Shown here: piece by piece, positions 20,534 to 30,038 of the stretch | How positions within the stretch are numbered: the first letter of the stretch is position 1 | Layout of the letters: every line of letters begins with the position of its first letter | IMG/VR virus record: IMGVR_UViG_3300044527_000952 | Location: 1-64,000 of that record | DNA: 64,000 nt | Source: a virus | Reading direction: 5' to 3' (one strand) | Translations under genes and position numbers: made by a program | Notes under the pieces: model-generated | What the model saw: the letters and a program-made list of their open reading frames with translations, nothing else | What the model was told of the DNA's origin: nothing | Databases searched by the model: none

Positions 20534-21247
20534 CTATACATGAGTATAGCTTTTACCAAAAATAGCCAATTGTGTTCTATTTCTTACGCCAAATTTTTTT
20601 AAAATTGTACCTATATGTAATTTCACTGTACTTTCACTAATATTTAAAGTTTTAGCTATCATTTTATTACTCGCACCACGATTAGTTACCATGTCAAGAA
20701 TTTGATTTTGCCTTGAAGTTAATTTAATTGTATTTTTACTTATAACCACTTTAGTAACTTTATTCTTTTTAGGATGTAACAAATCGTGGGTATGTTTGGG
20801 TATATGATATTTGTTTGCTAATAAATCGTTAATAGATTCTTTTGCCTCTTGAGGCGTAAAACCATAAACTCTTGCAATAAACCCTGAAATATGAATATTG
20901 CTAATAGCATCTCTTATAAGTTTTAAATCAGTATTTTTTGTTATCGCTGCTACTATTTTTGTTTTTGAATTTATACTTCTAATTAATGTTGCTAATGTAT
21001 GAATAATTTCAAACATACCAACACCTGCCATATTATAAAGATCTTCAATATCAATTGATACCCACGCAAAATTATTTTTTTCGTTAATGATGTATGAATA
21101 AGATTCTTGTATAGTGTTTACTCTAACAACATTAAAATTAAAATACTCAATTAATTTCATGTTTTCCTCACATGTAGTATGGTGAGGTCTTGTTGAGCTA
21201 ATAACAAGTATATTGATTTTTTGTTGGTTCTCTGACGCTAGCATCAT
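20534..21247 (-). CDS. LuxR/NarL-family transcription regulator with degenerate receiver-like N-terminus
   Basis: LTSRQNQILDMV..GASNKMIAKTLNISESTVKLHIGTILKKFGVRNRTQLA. Confidence 0.9.
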   Translation of the reverse strand: MMLASENQQKINILVISSTRPHHTTCEENMKLIEYFNFNVVRVNTIQESYSYIINEKNNFAWVSIDIEDLYNMAGVGMFEIIHTLATLIRSINSKTKIVAAITKNTDLKLIRDAISNIHISGFIARVYGFTPQEAKESINDLLANKYHIPKHTHDLLHPKKNKVTKVVISKNTIKLTSRQNQILDMVTNRGASNKMIAKTLNISESTVKLHIGTILKKFGVRNRTQLAIFGKSYTHV

Positions 21248-21272
21248 AATTTTCCCTTGATGTTACTGCTAT

Positions 21273-21345
21273 TAGTACTTAAGTAAAGTATAGACCTTAA
21301 TTTACGTACTAATGTCTATACCTATACTTGTACATACCTATACTT
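21273..21345. promoter_or_regulatory. Putative operator/promoter array upstream of the LuxR gene
   Basis: Direct repeat atacctatactt (21318, 21334). Inverted repeat aagtatagac/gtctatacct (21286/21314). tagtacttaag (21273) is also present at 20485. Confidence 0.6.
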
Positions 21346-21435
21346 CGATCCGTTTAGTTTTTATACTTAAACTTTGAACGGTTTATTGTCACAGAAGATC
21401 GATTTATTTCCAAGCGAATTAAGATAAATAATATT

Positions 21436-22083
21436 ATGAAAATTCAAGAGATTATGTTACTTAATGAGGGTGTTAATGACCCTAACATTTTTAAGGCTGT
21501 GTTTATGGCAGGTGGCCCAGGCTCAGGCAAAAGCTTTGTTGCCCGTAAACTTGGCTTGCAAGCAGCAGGACTACGTACCATTAATAGTGATGATGCTTTT
21601 GAATTTCTTCTTAGAAAACATCAACTTGATCCCAAAATGCCACCTGCAGAACAAGAAAAGCGTGACATTGTAAGACAACGTGCTAAACAAATGACCAAAG
21701 AACGTGAAAAGAACTATTTCCAAGGTCGTTTAGGTGTTATCATTGATGGTACTGCTAAGGATGCTGAAAAAACTGCTAAGACAAAAGCAGGTTTAGAAGC
21801 ACTTGGGTACCAAACCATGATGGTGTTTGTCAATACTAGCTTACCCGTTGCATTAGAACGTAATCGCCAACGTGAACGCAGCGTACCTGATGAGGTTGCT
21901 AAACAAGCCCATGCTGAAGTACAAGTGGGTAAAGATGCACTACAACAAGTATTTGGCTCAAATTTTGTAGTTGTTTTAAATGATATAGAGCCTGATTTCA
22001 AACCTGCTTACAAAAAAGTACAAAGCTTTTTAAGGCAACCACTTACTCCAACCGCACAACGTTGGATCAACCAAAATAGCTAA
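21436..22083 (+). CDS. Zeta-toxin/AAA_33-like P-loop kinase
   Basis: GGPGSGKS, INSDD, IIDGT, ALERNRQRERSVP. Confidence 0.85.
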   Translation: MKIQEIMLLNEGVNDPNIFKAVFMAGGPGSGKSFVARKLGLQAAGLRTINSDDAFEFLLRKHQLDPKMPPAEQEKRDIVRQRAKQMTKEREKNYFQGRLGVIIDGTAKDAEKTAKTKAGLEALGYQTMMVFVNTSLPVALERNRQRERSVPDEVAKQAHAEVQVGKDALQQVFGSNFVVVLNDIEPDFKPAYKKVQSFLRQPLTPTAQRWINQNS

Positions 22084-22175
22084 TCTATCCAATTTGTTTG
22101 CAAAATTATAAATAATGTGTGAATATTATGTCTTGGACATATATTCATTTTTCACACACAGAAAGGAAAAAACAA

Positions 22176-22715
22176 ATGAAAACAGTAGGTGATAAACTCA
22201 CACCATTCGCAATTACAGGGGTAAAACCCCACCAACCTGAAGATACATTCTTCACAATCACAGAAAAAAGTTTTGAAGGTAAATGGAAAATTATCGTTTA
22301 CTATCCAAAATCATTTACTTTTGTTTGCCCGACAGAAATTGTCGGATATGATAAGCTATATCATGATTTCGAAGATCGTGATGCAGTTCTACTTACAGGT
22401 TCTATTGATAATGAATTCTGTGCTTTAGCTTGGCAAAATAATCATTTAGACCTTAAAAAAATCAAACATATCCAATTTGCTGATACACAAAGAGGTGACT
22501 TAAGTTTGGTTGAACAATTAGGAGTATTTTACAATACTGCTGGCGCTCCCTTAAGAGCAACATTTATTATTGATCCTGATAATGTTATTCAACATGTTAC
22601 TGTTAATAATTTAAATGTCGGACGTTCACCTGAAGAAACTTTACGAATTTTAGACGGATGTCAAACTAATGAGCTTTGCGCTTGTAATCGTGCTGTAGGG
22701 GGAGAAACTTTATAA
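22176..22715 (+). CDS. ahpC: Peroxiredoxin AhpC
   Basis: YPKSFTFVCPTEI, LRATFIIDP, VGRSPEETLR, ELCACNR. SD before ATG 22176. Confidence 0.93.
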   Translation: MKTVGDKLTPFAITGVKPHQPEDTFFTITEKSFEGKWKIIVYYPKSFTFVCPTEIVGYDKLYHDFEDRDAVLLTGSIDNEFCALAWQNNHLDLKKIKHIQFADTQRGDLSLVEQLGVFYNTAGAPLRATFIIDPDNVIQHVTVNNLNVGRSPEETLRILDGCQTNELCACNRAVGGETL

Positions 22716-22754
22716 ATCAGTAGGGCAGACATAAATACTCTAGAAGGAGTGTTT

Positions 22755-23507
22755 ATGTCACATCGTATACCTTACACCTATTATGTATTTCATAGACCAA
22801 CAGGCTTAAAATATTATGGCTCGAAATATGGAAAAAATGCAAATCCTAACACTTTTTGGAAACCTAATGGGTATTTTACATCATCTAAAAAAGTCAAAAA
22901 ACTTATTATAGAATATGGCATCGATTCATTTGACGCAGAGGTTAGGAAAATTTTTGATAGTCCTGATAAAGCTATAAATTATGAATACAAATTTTTAAAG
23001 AAAGTGAAAGCTTTATTAAAAGATGATTGGCTAAATGATAATTATGGAGGAGAAAAATTTAGAAATATTGGTCCTGCTAGTGAAAAAACTTTGCAAGCAC
23101 AAAGAAATAAAAAACAATCACTTGAAAGTAATATTAAAAGATCTAAAGCTCTTAAAGGAAAAGAAGTATCAAATGAAACTAGAGAAAAAATGTCAGTGGT
23201 GCAAAAAAATCGTTCACCTGAAAAAGAAGAGGAAAGACGAGGTAAAATTAGAGCAAAAGCAATAGGTCGTGGGCACAGTGACGAGACGAAATCTAAACTA
23301 TCAAAAATATTTACTGGTACAAAGTGGATCAACAATGGTACTAATCAAAAAACAGTTAGGTTCGATGAATTAAACCAATATTTAGATTCAGGTTGGAAAT
23401 TAGGAAGGATACTTACTATAGTGACATGTCCACATTGTGGAACTAGTGGTGTAAACTATAATTTAACAAGAAACCACTTTGATAAGTGTAAACAGAAAAA
23501 AATTTAA
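22755..23507 (+). mobile_element. Free-standing homing endonuclease (GIY-YIG/Seg-like with NUMOD3 repeats)
   Basis: YTY..KYYG..YFTSS..E..WLN catalytic-like N-terminus; SNETREKMS and HSDETKSKLS repeats; KWINNG; CPHC. Confidence 0.8.
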
Positions 23508-23641
23508 GGATTAGAACATGTTCAATTATGAATCTTTGTGGGATTTATATGAAATGAAATTTATCATAATTTTTCTATCAATAGTTGTAACCATTGTTCT
23601 TGCAACATGGTTATATGATAAGAAAAAGGATAAAGATAATC

Positions 23642-23767
23642 ATGATTGAACTTATTTGGGCACTTGGTGCAATTATTTTAATTGATGTAGTATTAGGTGG
23701 TGAAAATGCGGCTGAACCATTGTTACAAGAATATATAGGAGAATTTAAAAATGTCAGCATGGGTTAA
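23642..23767 (+). pseudogene. Internally deleted TerC/YjbE-family remnant
   Basis: 41-aa ORF MIELIWALGAIILIDVVLGGENA-AEPLLQEY. It matches the TerC N-terminal motif IILIDxVLxGDNA but lacks the rest of the protein. Confidence 0.6.
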
Positions 23768-24266
23768 TGTATTAAAAGAAGGATTGCCTGATTACGCAAA
23801 AGATATACGTCTAAATTTAGATGCAGTAATTTTACGTTCAAGCTTAGATCCTATCGTAGCTGAAGGATGTGCGCTAGCTGCAGCAGTTGCAACAGGTAAT
23901 GGTGGTATTGTGGGTAGAATTTATCCTTCAATAACTGATGAAGTAGAACGTGATGCAGCAATGGCAGCAGCAAGCCTTATGGCACAAAATAATGTATGGT
24001 ATCCATATGTTGAAATGGCAGAAGATGAAAATTTAAAAGGTTTACCTGCTCAGTTACGAATGAATGCAATATTATCACACGGTGGTACTACTAAAGTACG
24101 ATTTGAAGCGTATAGTTTGTGTGCTAGTATTGTTGGCAAGTGTCACTTTTGTGTAAAAGCACATTATGAAACACTTAAAAAAGAAGGCTACACTGTGGAA
24201 CAATTACGTGATATTGGACGCATTGCAGCAGTGATTAACGCAGCATGTAAAATATTAGTTGGGTAA
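23751..24266 (+). CDS. ahpD: Alkylhydroperoxidase AhpD
   Basis: PDYAKDIRLNL, MAQNNVWY, LRMN, SIVGKCHFCVKAH. Confidence 0.92.
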   Translation: MSAWVNVLKEGLPDYAKDIRLNLDAVILRSSLDPIVAEGCALAAAVATGNGGIVGRIYPSITDEVERDAAMAAASLMAQNNVWYPYVEMAEDENLKGLPAQLRMNAILSHGGTTKVRFEAYSLCASIVGKCHFCVKAHYETLKKEGYTVEQLRDIGRIAAVINAACKILVG

Positions 24267-24269
24267 TTA

Positions 24270-25448
24270 ATGAGAATAGCAATTATTGGCGCAGGTATTG
24301 CAGGAGTAGTACCTGCATATTTTTTGTCCAAAAATGGACACGATGTTACAATTTTTGAGCAAGAACGTTACGCAGCAATGCGCACAAGTTATGCTAATGG
24401 TGGACAAGTTAGTGTAAGTAATAGCGAAGTATGGACAACATGGGCTAATGTATTAAAAGGATTAAAATGGATGCTAAAAAAAGATGCACCATTGCTTATC
24501 CATCCATCATTAGATCTTGATAAGATAAAATGGATTACAAAATTCCTAGCTAATACTGCTAGTCGAGTATATAAACAAAATACTATTGAAACCATTAAGC
24601 TTGGTCTAGAAAGTAGATTGTTATATAAACAAATTATAAAAGATGAAAATTTAGAATTTGATCAAAGCAATTGTGGTATTCTACATATTTACAAAGATGC
24701 AAAATACCTAAATGCTGCTTTTGATGCGCAAGATATCTATGAACCACATGGGTGTGAGTGGAAAATGCTTGTCAACCATGATGATATTCTTGCAATCGAA
24801 CCTAATCTTAAAGATATGGGTGGTTTAATTGGGGCAGCATGGACTGCTGACGATTGGGTAGGAGATATTCATAAATTTTGTAAACATTTATTGGATGTTA
24901 TACGTTTAAAATATAATGGATGTGTTTCATTCAATCATGGCATTATAGACCCTAGAGCATTAACAGAGAATTTTGACAAAGTAATAATTGCTGCAGGAGT
25001 TGAAAGTGTACAACTTGCAAAAGAATTTGGTGAAAATTTACCAATTTACCCTGTAAAAGGTTATAGCATTACCATTGATGCAGAAGATGTTAAATCATAT
25101 AAAGCAATGCCGAAAGTCAGTTTGTTAGATGATCAAGCAAAAATTGTCAGTGCAACACTAGGTACAAAATTACGTGTGGCAGGTACTGCTGAATTGTGTG
25201 GTTATAATCGTGACATTACAAGAAGTAGAATTGAACCATTGTTAAATTGGGTAAATGAAAACTTCCCTAATGTGGACACAAGCTGTTATAGTAGTTGGGC
25301 ATGTTTGCGACCAATGACTCCAAATATGATGCCAATCGTGCGTGAAAGTAAAGTTAAAAATATTTACTATCATACAGGACATGGACATTTAGGTTGGACC
25401 ATTAGCCCCGCAACAGCATTAAATTTAGTGAAACAACTTGAAAATTGA
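24270..25448 (+). CDS. dadA: D-amino acid dehydrogenase (FAD)
   Basis: GAGIAG, TSYANGGQ, IYPVKGYSIT, LRVAGTAE, LRPMTP, GHGHLGWT. Confidence 0.88.
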   Translation: MRIAIIGAGIAGVVPAYFLSKNGHDVTIFEQERYAAMRTSYANGGQVSVSNSEVWTTWANVLKGLKWMLKKDAPLLIHPSLDLDKIKWITKFLANTASRVYKQNTIETIKLGLESRLLYKQIIKDENLEFDQSNCGILHIYKDAKYLNAAFDAQDIYEPHGCEWKMLVNHDDILAIEPNLKDMGGLIGAAWTADDWVGDIHKFCKHLLDVIRLKYNGCVSFNHGIIDPRALTENFDKVIIAAGVESVQLAKEFGENLPIYPVKGYSITIDAEDVKSYKAMPKVSLLDDQAKIVSATLGTKLRVAGTAELCGYNRDITRSRIEPLLNWVNENFPNVDTSCYSSWACLRPMTPNMMPIVRESKVKNIYYHTGHGHLGWTISPATALNLVKQLEN

Positions 25449-25459
25449 TAAATATTAGT

Positions 25460-25711
25460 ATGAGCGAAGAACACGACAAAATTAAACACAGTCGTCGTAG
25501 ACTTAAAGACGAAAATGCTGTCAATAAGCAAGTAAGAATCGCTAAAGAACATGGTTTTAATGTTGAGGAACCACACAAATTTGCTAAACATCATGCAATG
25601 AATTGTGGTAATCCAAAATGTTTGTTATGCGCTAATCCTAGAAAGATTTTTAATGAAAAAACTATACAGGAACAGCGTCATGAACAGAAAAAACTATGGG
25701 AAGATGAGTAG
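25460..25711 (+). CDS. Small basic Cys/His protein
   Basis: HHAMNCGNPKCLLCANPRK. Confidence 0.65.
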   Translation: MSEEHDKIKHSRRRLKDENAVNKQVRIAKEHGFNVEEPHKFAKHHAMNCGNPKCLLCANPRKIFNEKTIQEQRHEQKKLWEDE

Positions 25712-25821
25712 TATTCGTAGTTATTACGTAAGAAATTTGTTTATTTGTGGTTAATTTAGATCATAAGTAAATATCTGGCACACATTTTTTAATGTGTTTT
25801 TTAATTTAAGAGGAATCAAGT

Positions 25822-26841
25822 ATGAAAAAACTTTTAATTGCAGCATTAGTTGCAGGTGCGTCTACAGTAGCGGTTGCGCAAACATCCATTTATGGATTAG
25901 CAGATGCTTTCTATGGACAAACATCAGCAAAACAGTCAACAAATCAAGTTAGCGCAGGTGGTATGACTACTAGCTATATTGGTGTTCGTTCAAGCGAAAA
26001 AATTGGTGATGTTACTGCCACTGCAGTTCTTGAAACATTTTTACGTCCTGACACAGCAGCACAAGGTCGTTTTAATGGTGACACATTTTATGCAAGAAAC
26101 GCATACGTTGGATTAAGTTCAAAAGCAGGTGAAGTACAAGTTGGTCGTGTAACCACACCAATGTTTATTTCCACTATTGCATTTAATGCTTTAGGTGATA
26201 GCTTTGTTTTTAGCCCAATGGTTACTGCAAGATATGGTGCAAGTAATTTTAACTTGGGTGGTGGTGGTTCTGACACAGGTTGGAACAATTCTGTATTAGT
26301 TAAAACCAATGCAGGTCCATTAGCACTTACAGGTGTTTATAGCGCAGGTGTTCAGGATGATGCAACAGGCACTAAACAAGCAGGTAAGAGTGTTGGTGCA
26401 ATGTACTTTGCAGGACCAATTGGTTTAACAGCAACATGGCAAGATGTTGAGCAAGGTGCAGGTAAGCCAAGCATGACTTCAACTATTGTTGGTGCATCAT
26501 ATGACTTAAAAGCAGCAAAATTGTTCGCACAGTATAATCGTGTACAACATAGTGACGCAGTAACTAAAGAAGATCAAGGTTATAGCGTTGGTGCTACTAT
26601 GCCATTAAGCAAAGCCAATACCGTTATGGTAAGCTATGCTAAGCATGGGCATACAATGATCAGCAACAAAACTTCAGAAACAGCATCATGGGCAATTGGT
26701 TTGTCACATGCACTAAGCAAGCGTACAGATTTGTATGCGGCAGTTCGTGATACAAGCTATACTAATGATGGAGTACATCGTACAAACGCAGCATGGGCAG
26801 ACACTCGTGTAACAGGTGTTGGCGTACGTCATCGTTTCTAA
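25822..26841 (+). CDS. Gram-negative (Burkholderiales/Neisseria-type) porin
   Basis: Signal peptide, SIYG..DA, RNAYVGL, HALSKRTDLY, C-terminal GVRHRF. Confidence 0.92.
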   Translation: MKKLLIAALVAGASTVAVAQTSIYGLADAFYGQTSAKQSTNQVSAGGMTTSYIGVRSSEKIGDVTATAVLETFLRPDTAAQGRFNGDTFYARNAYVGLSSKAGEVQVGRVTTPMFISTIAFNALGDSFVFSPMVTARYGASNFNLGGGGSDTGWNNSVLVKTNAGPLALTGVYSAGVQDDATGTKQAGKSVGAMYFAGPIGLTATWQDVEQGAGKPSMTSTIVGASYDLKAAKLFAQYNRVQHSDAVTKEDQGYSVGATMPLSKANTVMVSYAKHGHTMISNKTSETASWAIGLSHALSKRTDLYAAVRDTSYTNDGVHRTNAAWADTRVTGVGVRHRF

Positions 26842-26862
26842 ATTTTGCTAAATTTAGGTGGT

Positions 26863-26890
26863 AAAAAAGGGGGCATTGCTCCCTTTTTTT
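26863..26890. terminator. Bidirectional terminator
   Basis: aaaaaaggggg-cattg-ctcccttttttt. Confidence 0.75.
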
Positions 26891-26902
26891 ATAAGTAATG
26901 GT

Positions 26903-27160
26903 ATGATTAACAGTGTGTATGAATGGACTGAAAAGCGTGAAGAACTATATCGCCATATTAAAAATTTAAATGGTTACTATGGTGATGCACATAAGTTATT
27001 GAAAAATATAGATAAATTGGTTCGTGAGCTTAATATTTTAAATGTTCAATATCGTAATCGTGAAAAACCTTCAATTGCACAACAGGAAAAACTGTTGGAA
27101 ATTAACAACGCAATTGATGTGTTGGAAAAATGGTTGCTCGTTGTAACCTTAACCCAATAA
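26903..27160 (+). CDS. Hypothetical helical protein
   Basis: ATG 5 nt after TAAGTA. Confidence 0.6.
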   Translation: MINSVYEWTEKREELYRHIKNLNGYYGDAHKLLKNIDKLVRELNILNVQYRNREKPSIAQQEKLLEINNAIDVLEKWLLVVTLTQ

Positions 27161-27243
27161 AAGGCTTGACAACAATCTAAGATCTCGCTAATATACCCAT
27201 ATTGCAGAACGCAATTATCTAGACAACTTACTAAGGAATACAA

Positions 27244-28398
27244 ATGGGAAAAATTGATACTAGTTTTAGCTTAACAATCGATGAAGCAGAAAGTGCGCTT
27301 CATAGCCTTATTGATACCAAACTATCCATGTTCTTATGGGGTCCCCCAGGTATCGGTAAAAGCGATCTTATCCGTTCTATCGCACGTAAAAATAAATGGG
27401 CAGTACGTGAAGTACGCTTGGGTCAAATCGATCCAACCGATATTAAAGGTATACCCTTCTTTAACGCAGATAAAACATATTTTGCGTATAACGAAAACAC
27501 TAAAGAATTTGAAGAAACCAAGGGTACTCTTGATTGGGCACCTCCTTCAGAATTTCCTGATGCTAAATTTGCTGAGCAATATGAGCGTGTTCTTCTGTTC
27601 TTGGATGAAATGAACGTTGCTGCGCCTACTGTTCAAGCTGCTGCTTATCAGTTAGTTCTTGATCGTCGTGTTGGTAAGTACCGTGTACCTGACAATGTTA
27701 TTATCGTTGCAGCAGGTAATCGTGATAGTGACAAAGGTGTTACTTATCGTATGCCTTCACCCTTGTCTAACCGTTTTGTTCATATGGATGTGCGCCCTGA
27801 CTTTAATGTGTGGCAAACATGGGCAGTACAAAATAATGTGCATAAAGATGTAGTTGGTTACTTGTCATTCGCTAAAAATGACATGTACGATTTCGATGGT
27901 CGTAACAGTGGTCATGCGTTTGCCACTCCTCGTAGTTGGTGCGCAGTGAGCAAAATTCTGCAAGAATGCGATAAAGTTCCTACAGATTTGCTTACTAAGA
28001 TTGTTGCGGGTACTGTTGGTGAAGGTCTTGCTGTAAAGTTTATGGCACACCGTAAGCTTGTTGACAAAATGCCTGATCCTATGGATATTCTTGAGGGTAA
28101 AGTTAGCGAACTTCAAGTTAAAGAAGTTAGTGCCATGTACTCACTCACTGTTAGTATGTGCTACGAATTGAAAGACTTGAGTGACAACAACAAAGTACCT
28201 GAGAAAAAGTTTCACGAAATGTGCGACAATTTCTTTAAATTTATGATGGATAATTTTGAAACTGAGTTGGTTATTATGGGTGCAAGGATTGCACTGAAAA
28301 CTTACAAGTTGAACATGGACCCAACCAAACTTAAGACTTTGACTGACTTCCATAAAAAATATGGTAAGTACATCAAGGAAGCAGTAACACCAAAGTAA
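27244..28398 (+). CDS. MoxR-like AAA+ ATPase
   Basis: WGPPGIGKS, LFLDE, AAGNR, PLSNRF, TPRSW. Sigma70 promoter ttgaca at 27166. Confidence 0.9.
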   Translation: MGKIDTSFSLTIDEAESALHSLIDTKLSMFLWGPPGIGKSDLIRSIARKNKWAVREVRLGQIDPTDIKGIPFFNADKTYFAYNENTKEFEETKGTLDWAPPSEFPDAKFAEQYERVLLFLDEMNVAAPTVQAAAYQLVLDRRVGKYRVPDNVIIVAAGNRDSDKGVTYRMPSPLSNRFVHMDVRPDFNVWQTWAVQNNVHKDVVGYLSFAKNDMYDFDGRNSGHAFATPRSWCAVSKILQECDKVPTDLLTKIVAGTVGEGLAVKFMAHRKLVDKMPDPMDILEGKVSELQVKEVSAMYSLTVSMCYELKDLSDNNKVPEKKFHEMCDNFFKFMMDNFETELVIMGARIALKTYKLNMDPTKLKTLTDFHKKYGKYIKEAVTPK

Positions 28399-28485
28399 GT
28401 TGCTAGATCAAGGGGGCTGAGATGCCCCCACTTGATTTAAAATAGTAACCGTGTTATCATGTTGCTATTACCTAAAGGAACATTT

Positions 28486-29781
28486 ATGACAACCACCGCA
28501 AATACCAAAGAAAACAAAAAACTCAAAAAAGAATTTGAAGATCTTATCGGACCATTTGATCCTGTACTTGATCGTGAAGCACGTGATATTCTTACAAGCG
28601 CACGTGTAGCATTGCTGCTCAAACATTCATTTTTTGGTAATCTTGCTACCCGTTTGAAACTAATCAATGGGGATGAATGGTTAGCTACAGCAGCAACTGA
28701 TGGTAAACGTTTTTATTACAATAGTCGTTTTATCAAGAAGCTTACACGTGGTGAGGTAGAGTTTCTTGTTGGTCATGAAGTACTTCACGTTGTATATGAT
28801 CACATTGGTAGGATCGGTCACCGTGACCGTCAAATGTTTAATATTGCAAATGATTACGCAGTAAACGCTGACCTTAAACGACATAATGTAGGTCAGTTTA
28901 TTACCACTGTGCCATGCTTGTATGAAGCTAAGTACGATGGTAAATCATCTGAAGAAATCTATGATGATTTGATGAAGAACATCAAGACAATCAGTATGGA
29001 TGCACTGATCGATAAAATGATCGATGAACACCTTGAAGGTGATGGTGAAGGTGAGTCTGATGATGATGATGGAGATATGGATAAAACAGGTCGCAGTAAG
29101 AATGGACCTAAGAAAATGACTGATGCTGAGCGTGAGGAATTGCGTCAGGAAATTAAACAAAATATCATCAATGCCGCACGTAGTAGCGAAGCAGGTTCAA
29201 TTCCTAGAGGTGTTGAGCGCATGATTAAGGACATTACAGATCCTAAAATGCCTTGGAGAGAATTGCTTCAAACCAATATAGTTTCTACTATGCGTGATGA
29301 TTACACTTTCCTACGTCCAAGCAAGCGTGGTTGGCACCTTGATGCTATCTTACCCTCTATGAACTTTAGCGAAGAAATTGATATTTGTGTAGGGATTGAT
29401 ATGAGTGGTAGTATCAGTGATGCACAAGGTAAGGATTTCCTTAGTGAAATTCAAGGTATCATGGATATGTTCAGCCATTACAAAATTCATGTGTTTTCAT
29501 TCGATACTAAATGCTATAACTTGCAAGAGTTTAATTCTGATAATATGGATAGCATTACTGAGTATGAGTTAAAAGGTGGTGGTGGAACAGACTTTGATGC
29601 AATCTTTAACTTCCTAAAAGATGAAGCTATCGAGCCTAAACGATTGGTAGTGTTTACTGATGGTTATCCTTGTGGTTCATGGGGGGATGCAAATTATTGC
29701 GATACAACGTGGATCATTCATGGTGATAAAAACCCTAACCCACCATTTGGTACATGGGCACTTTATGATGATGGTAAGTAA
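28486..29781 (+). CDS. DUF2201-type metallopeptidase plus VWA domain protein
   Basis: TAATDG, HEVLH, DMSGS, GGGTDF, FTDG. Confidence 0.88.
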   Translation: MTTTANTKENKKLKKEFEDLIGPFDPVLDREARDILTSARVALLLKHSFFGNLATRLKLINGDEWLATAATDGKRFYYNSRFIKKLTRGEVEFLVGHEVLHVVYDHIGRIGHRDRQMFNIANDYAVNADLKRHNVGQFITTVPCLYEAKYDGKSSEEIYDDLMKNIKTISMDALIDKMIDEHLEGDGEGESDDDDGDMDKTGRSKNGPKKMTDAEREELRQEIKQNIINAARSSEAGSIPRGVERMIKDITDPKMPWRELLQTNIVSTMRDDYTFLRPSKRGWHLDAILPSMNFSEEIDICVGIDMSGSISDAQGKDFLSEIQGIMDMFSHYKIHVFSFDTKCYNLQEFNSDNMDSITEYELKGGGGTDFDAIFNFLKDEAIEPKRLVVFTDGYPCGSWGDANYCDTTWIIHGDKNPNPPFGTWALYDDGK

Positions 29782-30038
29782 TGGATGTATTTTGGTCTAA
29801 TACTTTCAGTGCCAACAAGATAGGATCATACAATTCTTTCCTTACTCAAGATGGTGAGGAAAGAATTTTTAAATCGGTTCAAAATGGTGCAACTACACAA
29901 GATTGGGCATTTACTAAAAATTGCACAGGTCTAAATTTAGAAGATTATTTAAATTGTAGAGAGTTGGCTAAAACTGATGAACGTATAGCCCACTTATTAG
30001 AAGAACTTGAAACTGTTTATTTTTTAATTAAAAAATGA
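29781..30038 (+). CDS. Hypothetical protein
   Basis: Translationally coupled ORF. Confidence 0.6.
   Translation: MDVFWSNTFSANKIGSYNSFLTQDGEERIFKSVQNGATTQDWAFTKNCTGLNLEDYLNCRELAKTDERIAHLLEELETVYFLIKK

Noticed and set aside
21436-22083. Epsilon-zeta toxin-antitoxin system
   Set aside because: No adjacent antitoxin candidate. The late promoter and leader fit a stand-alone kinase better.
11966-26841. Bacterial chromosome or prophage-host junction, given the BMP, ahpC/D, dadA and porin genes
   Set aside because: These genes are interleaved with phage genes, carry the phage TAAATA motif, and share the AT content and CCAG/CTGG avoidance.
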